A stretch of DNA of 64,000 bases from contig CAZYWG010000011.1 of NCBI GenBank assembly GCA_964651815.1, positions 1,056-65,055 on the forward strand. The letters run 5' to 3'. The translations under genes were made by a program, and so were the position numbers. The stretch's first letter is position 1. Every line of letters begins with the position of its first letter. Below are positions 8,561 through 18,944 of the stretch, piece by piece. This DNA comes from an uncultured Gammaproteobacteria bacterium. GTDB taxonomy: Bacteria > Patescibacteriota > Microgenomatia > Levybacterales > GWA1-39-11. The notes under the pieces were generated by a model. It ran no database searches, was not told the DNA's origin, and saw only the letters and a program-made list of their open reading frames with translations.

Positions 8561-9127
8561 CTAAAGAATTAAAACAGCACCGCCTACAATCATGAATATA
8601 ACTGAAATGAAACCAACTGTAAGTGTAGACGTAACAGAACCTGTAGGTTTTATTGTTGGCTGTGGGGTTGCAGGAGGTATTGTAGGGGCCGTCGTTGAGG
8701 TAGGTGAAACACCTGCTTGGGTTTGGCAAAGAAGTTGGAAAGACCCAACAGGTCCTGCTGTTCCACAAGAATTAACTGCTGAAACGTCACATTTATAAGT
8801 CTTTCCTTGTGTAATAGAAAAGGAAATATTTGTTGTTGCGGCCGGGACTTGTTGATTGTATATTGTTGTGCTAGTTTCAAGTTCTGTTACAACTACATTA
8901 TAATTTGCTGCTGAGGCGACAGTCCCCCAAGTACAACCGGCTTGTGTAAAATTACATTGGGTCCCTACACAGTTTGGATAAACAACTTCAACATTTTGAA
9001 CAGCATCAGGAGTTGTACATGCTGGAGTTTGGGCAAGAGCTTTAGGCGAATAAAATGATAAAGCGATCAGAAATCCCCCAATAAAAACCAGAATGGGCAA
9101 AGATAATTTAAATATTTTCCTCAGCAT
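8561..9127 (-). CDS. Secreted/surface protein. Signal peptide, Cys-containing beta-rich domain, Pro/Thr-rich linker, C-terminal TM anchor.
   Basis: N-term MLRKIFKLSLPILVFIGGFLIALSFYSPKALAQ. 8 Cys in the mature domain. PTIPPATPQPTIKPT linker. C-terminal hydrophobic VGFISVIFMIVGGAVLIL. Confidence 0.45.
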   Translation of the reverse strand: MLRKIFKLSLPILVFIGGFLIALSFYSPKALAQTPACTTPDAVQNVEVVYPNCVGTQCNFTQAGCTWGTVASAANYNVVVTELETSTTIYNQQVPAATTNISFSITQGKTYKCDVSAVNSCGTAGPVGSFQLLCQTQAGVSPTSTTAPTIPPATPQPTIKPTGSVTSTLTVGFISVIFMIVGGAVLIL

Positions 9128-9360
9128 CTATTTCTGCCTATCTCTATCATAGAACAATTTTTCACGGTACGTCAAGCCCCCGTAAGACGTTTACAATTTA
9201 TTATATATTGTTGATCACGTCCAAACTTGGATTGACTATTTTTGATACACTTGTTTCGTGTTTTATTCGGTTTACTTTCGTATTAATTTCGTATAGTATT
9301 ACTTAGGTTGGTTTATTAATTAATTTTCAATTTGAATTTTAAAATTAAAAATTTCAAATT

Positions 9361-10593
9361 ATGATGCGTACTATCCTTCACGTTGATTTTGACTCTTTTT
9401 TTGCTTCATGCGAACAGCATTTCAATCCAAATCTCCGTGGAAAGCCAATTGGAGTGACGGCGGAAAATGGGCGCAATGCAGTTATTGCTGCTTCACGCGA
9501 GGCAAAACGTCTTGGTGTTAAAAGCCCAAATACCACTTGGGAGGCAAAAAGAATTTGCCCGGAGATTCAATTTGTAAAAGCAGATTTTGAGAGATATCTC
9601 GAAATAACAAAAAAGTTATTACAAATAGCATGTCGTTATTCTCCGGTTGTTGAATTATTTTCGCTCGACGAAGTATTTATTGATTTAACACCAGTTAAAA
9701 ATCTTTACCCCACTACTCTATATGTTGTGGAAGATTTTAAAAAGCGGCTCCGGGAAGAAATTGGTACCGCAATCACGGTTTCTGTAGGCTCGTCATACAA
9801 CAAGCTTTTAGCAAAGCTCGCAACAAGCCTTAATAAGCCTGATGGATATGGTGAAATAGATACAGCCAATAAAGAAAAAGTTTTTTATCAAATAAAGCTC
9901 ACTGAAATTATGGGAATTGGCGCAAGATTCGAAAGGCGCTTAAATATGCTTGGTATATATACCTTCAAACAACTTGAAGAATACCCAATTTATTTATTAA
10001 AAGCGGAATTTGGCAATGTAGCTTCTCAAAATTTGAAAGCGCTTTCTATGGGGATAGATGATTCACCCGTTGTCTCATATTTGGAAGAAGTTGAGGCAAA
10101 ATCTGTAGGACGTAATTATTGCCTTCCTGAAAATACATATGACAAAGAAAAAAATTTGAAGACTATTTATGAGTTATGTGAAGAGATTGCAATTAAATTA
10201 AGGAGGTTAAAAATGAAAACAAGGACAGTCGGACTTTTTTTGCATGGAAATGAGTCTGCAGGGGCCAGAAAAACTATAACTCGTTATACAAATACAGCAG
10301 GCGACATTTTTGAAATTTGTTCTGCTTTTTTTAAAAAATGGGACTTGGAATATGTCAGGCAAGTGAGCGTTTGGGCAGGGAATTTGATTGAAGAAAAATA
10401 TACTACTATTTCTATGTTTGATGACCCTAAAAAAGATATAGTCCAGTCTACAATTGACAAAATTAATGACCGCTTTGGGCATCATACTATCAGAAATGGA
10501 TATTTGGTGGATTCTGCTCAACTTCATACAAAACCTAACGGTTTCATGGCTGATAGGTGGCAGAGAAAAGAAATCAGTAACATCCGTACTTAA
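9361..10593 (+). CDS. dinB: Y-family DNA polymerase (DNA polymerase IV, DinB-like).
   Basis: N-terminal ILHVDFDSFFASCEQ motif (the HVDxDxFFAS hallmark of Y-family polymerases). About 410 aa. Confidence 0.8.
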   Translation: MMRTILHVDFDSFFASCEQHFNPNLRGKPIGVTAENGRNAVIAASREAKRLGVKSPNTTWEAKRICPEIQFVKADFERYLEITKKLLQIACRYSPVVELFSLDEVFIDLTPVKNLYPTTLYVVEDFKKRLREEIGTAITVSVGSSYNKLLAKLATSLNKPDGYGEIDTANKEKVFYQIKLTEIMGIGARFERRLNMLGIYTFKQLEEYPIYLLKAEFGNVASQNLKALSMGIDDSPVVSYLEEVEAKSVGRNYCLPENTYDKEKNLKTIYELCEEIAIKLRRLKMKTRTVGLFLHGNESAGARKTITRYTNTAGDIFEICSAFFKKWDLEYVRQVSVWAGNLIEEKYTTISMFDDPKKDIVQSTIDKINDRFGHHTIRNGYLVDSAQLHTKPNGFMADRWQRKEISNIRT

Positions 10594-10613
10594 CATCCTA
10601 TAATATTGACATT

Positions 10614-11564
10614 TTGGATTGGTTTTGCTATAATCCCCAAATGGACAAAAATATAGAGCGTTCCTTAGCAGCCGCGAGGTCTACGGAAGCACACAGAATA
10701 GACCTTTTTACAAGGGTAAAAAACAACCGTGAAAGAGACCTCAGACGAGCATCATTTGTAAGAAAAATGTTCTCAGGAAGTATGAAAGCAGATATTGATG
10801 AAGTAACTGCTAAGCTCAGTGGTGCACGTAATAAATATGAGTTTCTAAACACCATAGTAGATTTTGATTTTACCCCTGAAGGAGGTTGGACATTAAAAGG
10901 AAATTTCCGTGGAAATCCATTTACTCTCGATCGCTTGACTGAAGCACAAAAACGTTCGCAAAGAAAGCTAGTAGACTATGTAGTAAGTCTTAATGGCCGA
11001 GTAATAGATGATAATGGACCTATTGTCAGGACATACGTCCCAATAGTTAATGATTTACTTCAAAGAGCCGGATTAGGCGGAAGAACACAGCAAGATAGAA
11101 CCGGAGGGCAAGGAAGAGCCAGAGGCCAAAGCAGAACCAATGACCGTGCTGGTGGACAAGAATGGACTGGTTGGGAAGGAAGAACAGGCGGACAAGGAAA
11201 TGACGGACAAAGAAGTAGGACTGGTGGACAAGCGGGTGGCCGTACAGGCTCAAGTGGTTCTGAATCAAATCGAAGACGAGAGGGTCGGGTTGATCCTAGG
11301 GACCATCTTGGATATTTTGCTACTCTTGGGCTTAACCCGGACGAACTTAGCGGCTTAACAGATGCCCAAATTAGTAAAAAAATAAGGGATAAATTCCGTC
11401 CTCTAGCACATAAATATCATGCGGACCTTAATCCTAACGATAAAAATGCAGAAGAAATGATGAAAAAGGTAAATGTTGCCAACGATACACTCTCTAAACC
11501 TGATAAAAGAAAAGAATACATGACAAGAACTGGAGAGTTTGAGCCAAACGGCAGAGATCATTAA
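10614..11564 (+). CDS. J-domain-like protein with a Gly/Arg/Gln-rich repeat region. Tripeptide is HAD, not the canonical HPD.
   Basis: C-terminal ...LGLNPDELSGLTDAQISKKIRDKFRPLAHKYHADLNPNDKNAEEMMKKVNVANDTLSKPDKRKEY aligns to a DnaJ J-domain. Central (GGQ/RGQ/RTG)n low-complexity tract. Start uncertain. Confidence 0.5.
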   Translation: MDWFCYNPQMDKNIERSLAAARSTEAHRIDLFTRVKNNRERDLRRASFVRKMFSGSMKADIDEVTAKLSGARNKYEFLNTIVDFDFTPEGGWTLKGNFRGNPFTLDRLTEAQKRSQRKLVDYVVSLNGRVIDDNGPIVRTYVPIVNDLLQRAGLGGRTQQDRTGGQGRARGQSRTNDRAGGQEWTGWEGRTGGQGNDGQRSRTGGQAGGRTGSSGSESNRRREGRVDPRDHLGYFATLGLNPDELSGLTDAQISKKIRDKFRPLAHKYHADLNPNDKNAEEMMKKVNVANDTLSKPDKRKEYMTRTGEFEPNGRDH

Positions 11565-11570
11565 AAACTT

Positions 11571-12485
11571 CTAGCTCAGAGTGGACTTAATAATTGAGCT
11601 TGTCAACTTCACCTTGCTAGTTTTAAACTTTTTGCCCGTTATTTTTTCATAAATTGCAATATAGCGCTTCCCTACTTGTTCAACGAATTTCTTAGTCATT
11701 TTAGGCGCTTCACCTTCCCCTTTGTACCCTTTTTCCGCATACCAAAGTCTCAAAAATTCTTTATCGAAATTTTCAGGTTCAAGACCTTTCTTAATTCGTT
11801 CAGAATACGTTTTTTTAATCCAAAAGCGAGAGCTGTCTGGCGTATGAATTTCGTCAATTAAAATAAGCTTTCCTTTATATAAGCCAAACTCGTACTTTGT
11901 ATCTACCAAAATAATTCCCGCTTTTGCGCAGATTTTTGAACCTTTGTTGAATAAAGCAAATGCCGCATCTTCCATTTGTTTATAAAGTTTTGGAGTCAAC
12001 AATTTCTGTTCTAGAATTTCTTTTTTTGTGATTCGTTCGTCGTGTCCTGAAGCGACCTTTGTTGTTGGTGTAATAACAGGTTTTGGAAGTTTATCATTCT
12101 TGTGAAGGCCGTTTGGAAATTTTATACCGTAAATTACCCTCTCCCCTTTTTCATATGATCCCCATATTGAAGTATTTGTTACGCCGGTGATGTATCCTCT
12201 TACAACAACTTCTATAGGAATTGGTGTCGCATTTTTTGCAATCATGACATTTGCGTGAGATACAGAAATCATATGGTTTTCAATAATATTTGAAGTTTGA
12301 TTAAACCAAAATTCTGAAAGTCTATTTAAAACTTGCCCTTTATTTGGAATAAAGCCCAAAACGCGGTCAAAAGCAGAAATTCTATCTGTAGCTATAAGGG
12401 CTAGTTTGTCGCCTAAAACATAGCAATCACGGACTTTTCCTGTATATTTTTCTCCCAGGCCTTTAAAATTAGTGGTTTTTAGCAT
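11571..12485 (-). CDS. purC: Phosphoribosylaminoimidazole-succinocarboxamide synthase (SAICAR synthetase).
   Basis: N-term ...KGLGEKYTGKVRDCYVLGDKLALIATDRISAFD typical of PurC. About 300 aa (long form). Confidence 0.85.
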   Translation of the reverse strand: MLKTTNFKGLGEKYTGKVRDCYVLGDKLALIATDRISAFDRVLGFIPNKGQVLNRLSEFWFNQTSNIIENHMISVSHANVMIAKNATPIPIEVVVRGYITGVTNTSIWGSYEKGERVIYGIKFPNGLHKNDKLPKPVITPTTKVASGHDERITKKEILEQKLLTPKLYKQMEDAAFALFNKGSKICAKAGIILVDTKYEFGLYKGKLILIDEIHTPDSSRFWIKKTYSERIKKGLEPENFDKEFLRLWYAEKGYKGEGEAPKMTKKFVEQVGKRYIAIYEKITGKKFKTSKVKLTSSIIKSTLS

Positions 12486-12551
12486 TATGCAAAGATTGTC
12501 ATTGCAAGCAATCTCGAGTAAGAGTTTGCTTCACTTCGTTCGCAAAGATAG

Positions 12552-13070
12552 TTATTTTTCCTTTAGATATTGTTTGAATTTCACTTTTTCCAATTTCTCC
12601 GCCTTTTCCAAAACGTTTTTTTCCAGGGTTTTTTTATATGCCTGGAGCTTCTTTTGAAGATCAGTATCGCTAAGTGCCAGGATTTGAACAGCCAAAAGCC
12701 CGGCATTTTTAGAACCGTTGACCGAAACTGTTGCAACAGGGATCCCAGGCGGCATTTGGACAATTGAAAGAAGAGAATCAAGCCCTTCCATAGCCTTAGT
12801 TTTAATAGGGACACCAATTACGGGTAAAGTAGTTTCTGATGCCGTCATTCCGGGTAAATGTGCAGAACCGCCTGCACCTGCAATTATAACTTTTAAACCT
12901 CGCTCGTCTGCTTTTTTTGCATAGTCTTTCATTCTACTCGGCGTTCTATGAGCTGAAACTACGGTGAGTTCGTACCCTACCCCAAACTCGTCAAGGATTT
13001 TTGCAGCGTCTTGCATCACTGGAAGGTCTGTATCGCTGCCCATAATAATTCCTACTTGTAATTTATCCAT
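12552..13070 (-). CDS. purE: N5-carboxyaminoimidazole ribonucleotide mutase.
   Basis: [39 protein letters not shown]...[14 protein letters not shown] is the PurE signature. Confidence 0.85.
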   Translation of the reverse strand: MDKLQVGIIMGSDTDLPVMQDAAKILDEFGVGYELTVVSAHRTPSRMKDYAKKADERGLKVIIAGAGGSAHLPGMTASETTLPVIGVPIKTKAMEGLDSLLSIVQMPPGIPVATVSVNGSKNAGLLAVQILALSDTDLQKKLQAYKKTLEKNVLEKAEKLEKVKFKQYLKEK

Positions 13071-13116
13071 TAGATTCTTATACCATTCGCAAGCTTAATT
13101 GGCAAGACGCTCTAGA

Positions 13117-13794
13117 TTATCCGTTTTCATGTATAGTTGAAAGACCTCTTATTCTCCTATTAACCTCAAGTCTTGTTCCGTCTCTTCTGTCTAAAATTTC
13201 AAATACTGATTTGAACTCTTCACGCAACTCCGGAGTCATTTGAAAAGGAATCAGTCTTCCTCTTATACCATCTATTACTGAGGTGTCTGCTGGAGTAAAC
13301 ATCAATTCATAGGTTCCTTTGAATAGGTCGAAATGAAGACGATCGTTAACAGCAACAATAGATCCATCGGGAAGAAACGTTTCGGCTCTTTTGCCTGAAG
13401 AATAGCCCGGTAGTACGTTTGAAGTTGTATTGCTCAAGTCTATATCAAAATCTGAATAGAACTTTTCGATAGAACCTGCGAGTTTGTCTCTATGAACATT
13501 AATTCTTCTGACTTTCGCGCCCTCCCCGTAAATTTTACCAACGAGCCCAGATAAAGTAGGAGGTAAAGCGATTGATGTGTCTAATTCATTCTCCTCTGTA
13601 ACCAAAGATAAAGTAGAGCCCGCTTTATCCGTAAACCAAGGGTTGACCCCATGGTCAGAGCACAGCGCATTGAACTTTCTATCCAAAACTCCAGTGAACT
13701 CAATCGTTTCAGGGCTCAACCGATCCGCATGACCTTCGGAACCGGTTAATGGCGCTCCGAAACCCGAAAATTGTTCGATCCCACGACTCATCAT
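13117..13794 (-). CDS. Hypothetical protein, higher-GC island between purK and purE.
   Basis: Long ORF with coding-like composition. GC visibly above neighbours. No recognisable motif. Confidence 0.4.
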   Translation of the reverse strand: MMSRGIEQFSGFGAPLTGSEGHADRLSPETIEFTGVLDRKFNALCSDHGVNPWFTDKAGSTLSLVTEENELDTSIALPPTLSGLVGKIYGEGAKVRRINVHRDKLAGSIEKFYSDFDIDLSNTTSNVLPGYSSGKRAETFLPDGSIVAVNDRLHFDLFKGTYELMFTPADTSVIDGIRGRLIPFQMTPELREEFKSVFEILDRRDGTRLEVNRRIRGLSTIHENG

Positions 13795-13795
13795 A

Positions 13796-14936
13796 TTAAA
13801 TCTCCAGCATTCTACGAGCTTTATTAGCTTTTTTCAAGCACTCTTCAATATTGTTGCCTACAACAGTAATATGCCCCATTTTCCTTGCCGGTCTTGATTC
13901 CTTTTTTCCGTACATATGGATTGTAACACCCGGAATTTTAAGAGCCTTCTCAATTCCAATAGGCACGCCATTGCCTGTCTTTGTCCCCAAAATATTTTTC
14001 ATTACTGCCGCTTTTGGAATCATTTTGGTAGACCCCAAACGCAATCCGGAAATTGCCCTGATATGTTGTTCAAATTGGGACGTGACAGACGCTTCAATTG
14101 TTAAATGGCCGGAATTATGGACTCTAGGCGCAATTTCATTAATCAACAAATTGTCACCTTTAACCAAAAACATTTCAATACCAAAAACACCGGCCCCTTT
14201 CAATTGGGCAACAGTCTTTTTTGCAAGTTTTAATGCATTTGTACTCGCTTTTTTTGAAATTCTGGCAGGCGCAATCACCATATCGCAAATGTTGTCTTTG
14301 TGGATTGTCTCAACAGGCGGATAAGTTGCTATTTCCCCGTCTGGAGTACGGGCAACAACAACGGCCACCTCTTTGACAAATGGCACAAACTTTTCAACGT
14401 AAAGGTTGCGCCCTTTAAGCTTCTCAAGACCCAGTTTAATATCATTTTGATTTTTAACTAGCGCATTTCCCCGTCCGTCATACGCGTCAGTTCTGGCTTT
14501 TAACAAAAAAGGGTAACCAAATTTTTTAGCTGCCTTTTCAATACTTGATTCATTTGTAACTTCCATAAATTCGGCGGTTGGGATTTTATTTTCTTGCAGA
14601 AATTTCTTTTGAAAAAATTTATCCCTAATTATTGAAAGGGTTTTGGGGTTGGGATGAACAGTTTTGCCAGCCTTAACAAGTTTTTCAAGTGCTTCGTCAT
14701 TTGCGAGCTCAATTTCAAAGGTTATTACATCTGACATTTCTCCAAGTTTTGCAATTGCCGCCGCGTCTTTATAGTCTGCTACTATTTGTAAATCTGCAAT
14801 CTGGCCAGCCGGACTTTGCGGCGTAGGATCAGTCACCGTAACTGAATAGCCCATTTTCTTGGCAGCTTGGGTTAACATTCGGCCTAATTGCCCTCCACCA
14901 ACTATGCCAATTTTAGAAACTCGTGATGTCTTCATG
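13796..14936 (-). CDS. purK: N5-carboxyaminoimidazole ribonucleotide synthase (ATP-grasp). Start set at the internal Met MKTSRVSKIGIVGGGQLGRM.
   Basis: KIGIVGGGQLGRMLTQAAKKMGY Rossmann/ATP-grasp N-term typical of PurK. The ORF track extends to 15025, but the first 30 codons look non-coding. Confidence 0.8.
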
Positions 14937-15009
14937 TACTCTAGCCATTTTAAACTAATGGACAAGATTTTCAATAGCCCGCCGTATTTGATAGAATTGA
15001 TGGTGTCTT

Positions 15010-15081
15010 GGCCTTCGTAGCTCAATGGATAGAGTGCTGGTCTTCGGAACCAGTGATGAGAGTTCGATTCTCTCCGAAGGC
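15010..15081 (+). tRNA. tRNA-Arg, anticodon TCG.
   Basis: Cloverleaf folded by eye. Acceptor GCCTTCG/CGAAGGC, D-arm GCTC..GAGT, anticodon stem CTGGT/ACCAG with loop CTTCGGA (anticodon TCG), T-arm GAGAG-TTCGATT-CTCTC, discriminator G. Confidence 0.8.
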
Positions 15082-15106
15082 GCAGGTTTATTCTTTTTAG
15101 TTTATT

Positions 15107-15379
15107 ATGGATAACGCAGATTGGTATTTATACATTGTGGAATGTTCTGATAAGTCACTTTATACTGGGATAACAAAAGATATAGAAAGACGCGTAAAGG
15201 AGCATAATTTCTCAAACAGAGGTGCAAAATCAATTAAATTCAAACGTCCGGTTTGCTTAGTTTATTCAGAGTTGTATAATAATCATTCTGACGCAGCACG
15301 CAGAGAGCTTGAAATTAAAAGTTGGCGAAGGGAAAGGAAATTAAAGTTGATAGAAACTGGATTAAACCCAAAAGTGTAA
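15107..15379 (+). CDS. GIY-YIG (URI-domain) nuclease family protein.
   Basis: WYLYIVECSDKSLYTGITKDIERRVKEHN matches the GIY-YIG motif series (Y..Y.G.T.....R..EHN). 90 aa. Confidence 0.7.
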   Translation: MDNADWYLYIVECSDKSLYTGITKDIERRVKEHNFSNRGAKSIKFKRPVCLVYSELYNNHSDAARRELEIKSWRRERKLKLIETGLNPKV

Positions 15380-15431
15380 GGGTTTAATCCTGAAGTTTTT
15401 TATAAGTTTGCATTTATTTTGTAAACTTTCA

Positions 15432-15504
15432 GGGCCGCTAGCTCAATTGGTAGAGCAATTCCCTCTTAAGGAATAGGTTCAGGGTCCGATTCCCTGGCGG
15501 CTCA
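15432..15504 (+). tRNA. tRNA-Lys, anticodon CTT.
   Basis: Acceptor GGGCCGC/GCGGCTC (one G-U), D-arm GCTC-AATTGGTA-GAGC, anticodon stem ATTCC/GGAAT with loop CTCTTAA (anticodon CTT), T-arm CAGGG-TCCGATT-CCCTG, discriminator A. Confidence 0.8.
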
Positions 15505-15656
15505 CAAAAGTTAAAAGCAATTTTAATTGATTCGAAATTATTTAAATATTAATGAGTATGCTTCGATAGGGGCCATTTCAGCTCATCTTCAGCCTCCTCC
15601 TTTATAAATGAAGCGTGTGTTGATATAATCAGGTATAGAAACTGCCTCAAGAATTT

Positions 15657-16601
15657 ATGCAAAAAGATTTTTCAATTGTTGTCCCCGTGTATAACGAACA
15701 AGAAAGTGTGAGAGAGCTTGTTTTAAATATCCAAAAAGCGTTTTCAAAGATGAAGAAAACTTATGAAATACTTTTTGTTGATGATGGGTCTAATGACAAT
15801 ACGCTCGAAATACTAAAAACACTCGAACGAGAATTTAAAAATGTCAAGATTTACTCTTTCAGAAGAAATTTGGGAAAATCCCCAGCACTAACTCTTGGTT
15901 TTCAAAAAGCCACAGGTAAGTTTGTTGTCACCATGGATGGAGATCTACAAGATGACCCAATAAATATCCTGAGACTATATCAGAAGCTGACACATGGAGG
16001 ATTTGACCTTGTAACGGGTTGGAGAAAAGAAAGAAAAGATGGGATATTTAAAAAATTGTCATCAAAACTTTTTAATAAAATCGCAATCCCCTTCTTGTTT
16101 AGTTTAAAACTCAATGACCTTAATAGTGGACTAAAAATTTACAGATTAGAACTTGCCCGAGAACTTAAAATATATGGGGGTATGCACAGATTTATTCCTG
16201 TGATTGCAAACGAAATGGGTTACAAAGTTTCAGAAATTGACACTATTCACCACGCCAGAAAATACGGAGTATCAAAATACAAATTCTCAAAAATGTTTAC
16301 GGATATTCCGGATCTTATGACAATTTATTTTATTACAAAATATAATCGCAGACCGCTTCATTTTTTTGGAAAAATAGGATCGTTTGTTTTAGTAATCGGA
16401 ATTATTATTCTTATTTATCTTTCAATTCTTCATTTCATGGGACAGGCAATTGGGGACAGACCACTTTTAATGTTTGGTATTTTACTTGTGATCGCAGGTA
16501 TTCAGACTATCTTTACTGGACTAATAGCAGACCTGATTGTTAACTTTAACAATAGAGGTGAAGCCACGTTTCCAATAAAGTACGAAACTCGAGCAATTTA
16601 A
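15657..16601 (+). CDS. Family 2 glycosyltransferase (polyprenyl-phosphate sugar synthase, DPM1/ArnC-like) with C-terminal TM helices.
   Basis: IVVPVYNEQESV ... FVDDGSNDNT ... DGDLQDDP, the GT-A DxD pattern. Two C-terminal hydrophobic helices. Confidence 0.8.
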   Translation: MQKDFSIVVPVYNEQESVRELVLNIQKAFSKMKKTYEILFVDDGSNDNTLEILKTLEREFKNVKIYSFRRNLGKSPALTLGFQKATGKFVVTMDGDLQDDPINILRLYQKLTHGGFDLVTGWRKERKDGIFKKLSSKLFNKIAIPFLFSLKLNDLNSGLKIYRLELARELKIYGGMHRFIPVIANEMGYKVSEIDTIHHARKYGVSKYKFSKMFTDIPDLMTIYFITKYNRRPLHFFGKIGSFVLVIGIIILIYLSILHFMGQAIGDRPLLMFGILLVIAGIQTIFTGLIADLIVNFNNRGEATFPIKYETRAI

Positions 16602-18943
16602 TGGATAAAATAAAAACCTTTGCTAAATTTTTTTTAGGTTTTCCATTATCAATTATTTCTATCTACTTTATTTTTAAATTCATTGCAAATGAATGGCCAC
16701 AGGTTTCAAGCCATTTGTTTAGTTTAAATCCTGTAGGAGCAGTCTTAGGAGTTTTTTTTCTATTTTTATTTTTTTTATTTCGTTCGCTCACATGGAATAG
16801 TCTTCTTGAGACTGAAGGTTACGAGGTCCCTCCCGTATATGCCACTTATCTACTTTCAGTTTCCGAGATAAAAAGGTATATCCCGGGGAGTGTATTGGGA
16901 TTTTTAAGTAGGGTTAATAATTTTGGCGAGTTTAAGATTCCAGCAAAAAAAGTGGTCCAACTTATTTTCTACGAAAGCATAATTTTTTTGCTTACAAGCA
17001 TTGCTTTATCAATTCCGTCCCTAATAATGTTGGCGCAAAGAATCAGGCTTAATTACCTAGAAATCGCGGCAGCCTTGTTAGTGCTTTTAACTTTTTTCAT
17101 TGTCCTCATTTTTTCGGTTTTAAAGATAAAAAAAACAATTACTGTAAAAAATGTTTTTTTGAACCTCAAAAAATACAAGAAATCCGTAATTTTTATGATG
17201 GTAGCCTGGATTTTATTTGGCATTGGTAATTATTTGGTTGGAGCATCCCTAAACTATCTTGACCCAAGTAAAATATTTGAGTTTTCATCTTTATTTATTT
17301 TGTCGTGGCTTGCAGGGTATTTAATTTTAATAGCACCCCTAGGACTAGGGGTAAGGGAGGGTGCCGTGACGTATGGACTTTCTTTTTTTATGCCTGTCCC
17401 GTTAGCTGCAGCGATTGCAATTCTATCAAGGTTAGCGCTTGTTTTGTCAGAAATTCTGTTTTTAACTGTAGCATTTTTTTTCAACAAATTTGGAAAACTA
17501 CCTAAGAGAATTGACTACCATTTAGTATTGCTTTGGGGCGCTATTGTGTCTTATATTGCTTATTTTTCTTATGTTTCTTTTGAAAAGTATAACAATTTTT
17601 TCTCCGGTAGGTTTGATCTCGGTAATATGGATCAGACTGTTTGGAATACAATACATGGGAGAATATTTGAGCTCACAAACCCTGACAGTACTCAAATAGT
17701 TTCACGTCTTGCCTTTCATGCAGATTTTATGTTGATATTGCTATCACCTCTTTATCTTATTTGGGGAGATCCAAGAATGCTACTTCTTGTTCAGAGCGTG
17801 ACTCTTGGACTCGGAGCTTTTTTTGTCTATAAAATTGGGACCAAAATTTTAGATGATAAAACGCTTTCTCTAATTTTCTCAATTTCTTACTTGCTAAATC
17901 CATGGGTTCAAAAACAAAATTTATTTGATTTCCATGCTGTGACCCTTGCGACAACTTTTTTCCTAGCTTCATTTTATTTTATTTTGGAAAAGAAATACCT
18001 GCCGTCATTTATTTTTATTGTATTATCAGCCCTTACAAAAGAAGAGGCATGGGTAATCGCCGGGCTAATGAGCTTGTATGTTTATTTTAAAACTAAACAA
18101 AAAGAATGGCTGCTATTTAGTTTAGTATCTTTTTCGTCGTTTTATTTCTTGATTACAAAGATTATTCCGAGTTTTAGGGGTGGAAGCCACTTTGCGATTA
18201 GTTATTTTAAGGACTTTGGAGATTCCCCTCCTGAGATAATAAAAAACATTGTTTTTAGACCAACAAAAACCGGATCAACCATATTTACACTGTCAAATTT
18301 CACTTATGTTTTCAAACTTTTACTACCTGTAGGATTCCTATCTGTACTTGCGCCACTTGCGCTAATTTTTGCTTTACCCGATTTTTTTATTAATATTTTT
18401 TCAAATAATGAGAATCTTAAATCACTTACATTTCACTACGCTGCGGCAATAATCCCTTTTATCTATATTTCCGCAATTTATGGTGTAAAAGTGTTGCACT
18501 TAAGAATGAATAAATCAGCTTTTAAGTTAATTGGTATTTACTTTTTAGCTTCATCTGTAGTTGCAACCTTTTTCTTAGGAACACTTCCCGGCTCCTTGCA
18601 TTCGTCTATTGAGATTTATAACAATAGCCTTGCAAATAGAGACAAAATTGAAAAATACTTGTCTCAAATTCCAGCAAGACTTAGCGTTTCTGCCTCAAAT
18701 AATTTAGGAAGCCACCTTTCGCATAGGGAAAATATATATACAATCCCTAGCGGCGTTGAGAGTGCTGACGTTGTAGTTTTCCTACTTAACGATGAATTTG
18801 CCCAACCTTCGCTTAAAGAACAGAAAAGCATGGCACAAATGTTGAAAAATAACCCTTCCTACACAGAACTGTTTCAAGTAGATGACTTTATAGCTTTTTC
18901 AAAAAAAAGCGTTGCAAAATATATTAAAAGTGACAGGTTTTAA
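16601..18943 (+). CDS. Large polytopic membrane protein. Flippase-like/UPF0104 N-domain (GLGVREG) fused to a DUF2079-like C-domain.
   Basis: 780 aa with more than 15 predicted TM helices. Motif APLGLGVREGAV. Start overlaps the GT2 stop (ATGG). Confidence 0.45.
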   Translation: MDKIKTFAKFFLGFPLSIISIYFIFKFIANEWPQVSSHLFSLNPVGAVLGVFFLFLFFLFRSLTWNSLLETEGYEVPPVYATYLLSVSEIKRYIPGSVLGFLSRVNNFGEFKIPAKKVVQLIFYESIIFLLTSIALSIPSLIMLAQRIRLNYLEIAAALLVLLTFFIVLIFSVLKIKKTITVKNVFLNLKKYKKSVIFMMVAWILFGIGNYLVGASLNYLDPSKIFEFSSLFILSWLAGYLILIAPLGLGVREGAVTYGLSFFMPVPLAAAIAILSRLALVLSEILFLTVAFFFNKFGKLPKRIDYHLVLLWGAIVSYIAYFSYVSFEKYNNFFSGRFDLGNMDQTVWNTIHGRIFELTNPDSTQIVSRLAFHADFMLILLSPLYLIWGDPRMLLLVQSVTLGLGAFFVYKIGTKILDDKTLSLIFSISYLLNPWVQKQNLFDFHAVTLATTFFLASFYFILEKKYLPSFIFIVLSALTKEEAWVIAGLMSLYVYFKTKQKEWLLFSLVSFSSFYFLITKIIPSFRGGSHFAISYFKDFGDSPPEIIKNIVFRPTKTGSTIFTLSNFTYVFKLLLPVGFLSVLAPLALIFALPDFFINIFSNNENLKSLTFHYAAAIIPFIYISAIYGVKVLHLRMNKSAFKLIGIYFLASSVVATFFLGTLPGSLHSSIEIYNNSLANRDKIEKYLSQIPARLSVSASNNLGSHLSHRENIYTIPSGVESADVVVFLLNDEFAQPSLKEQKSMAQMLKNNPSYTELFQVDDFIAFSKKSVAKYIKSDRF

Positions 18944-18944
18944 A

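Noticed and set aside
13851-14324. 157-aa plus-strand ORF inside purK
   Set aside because: Antisense shadow ORF of purK.
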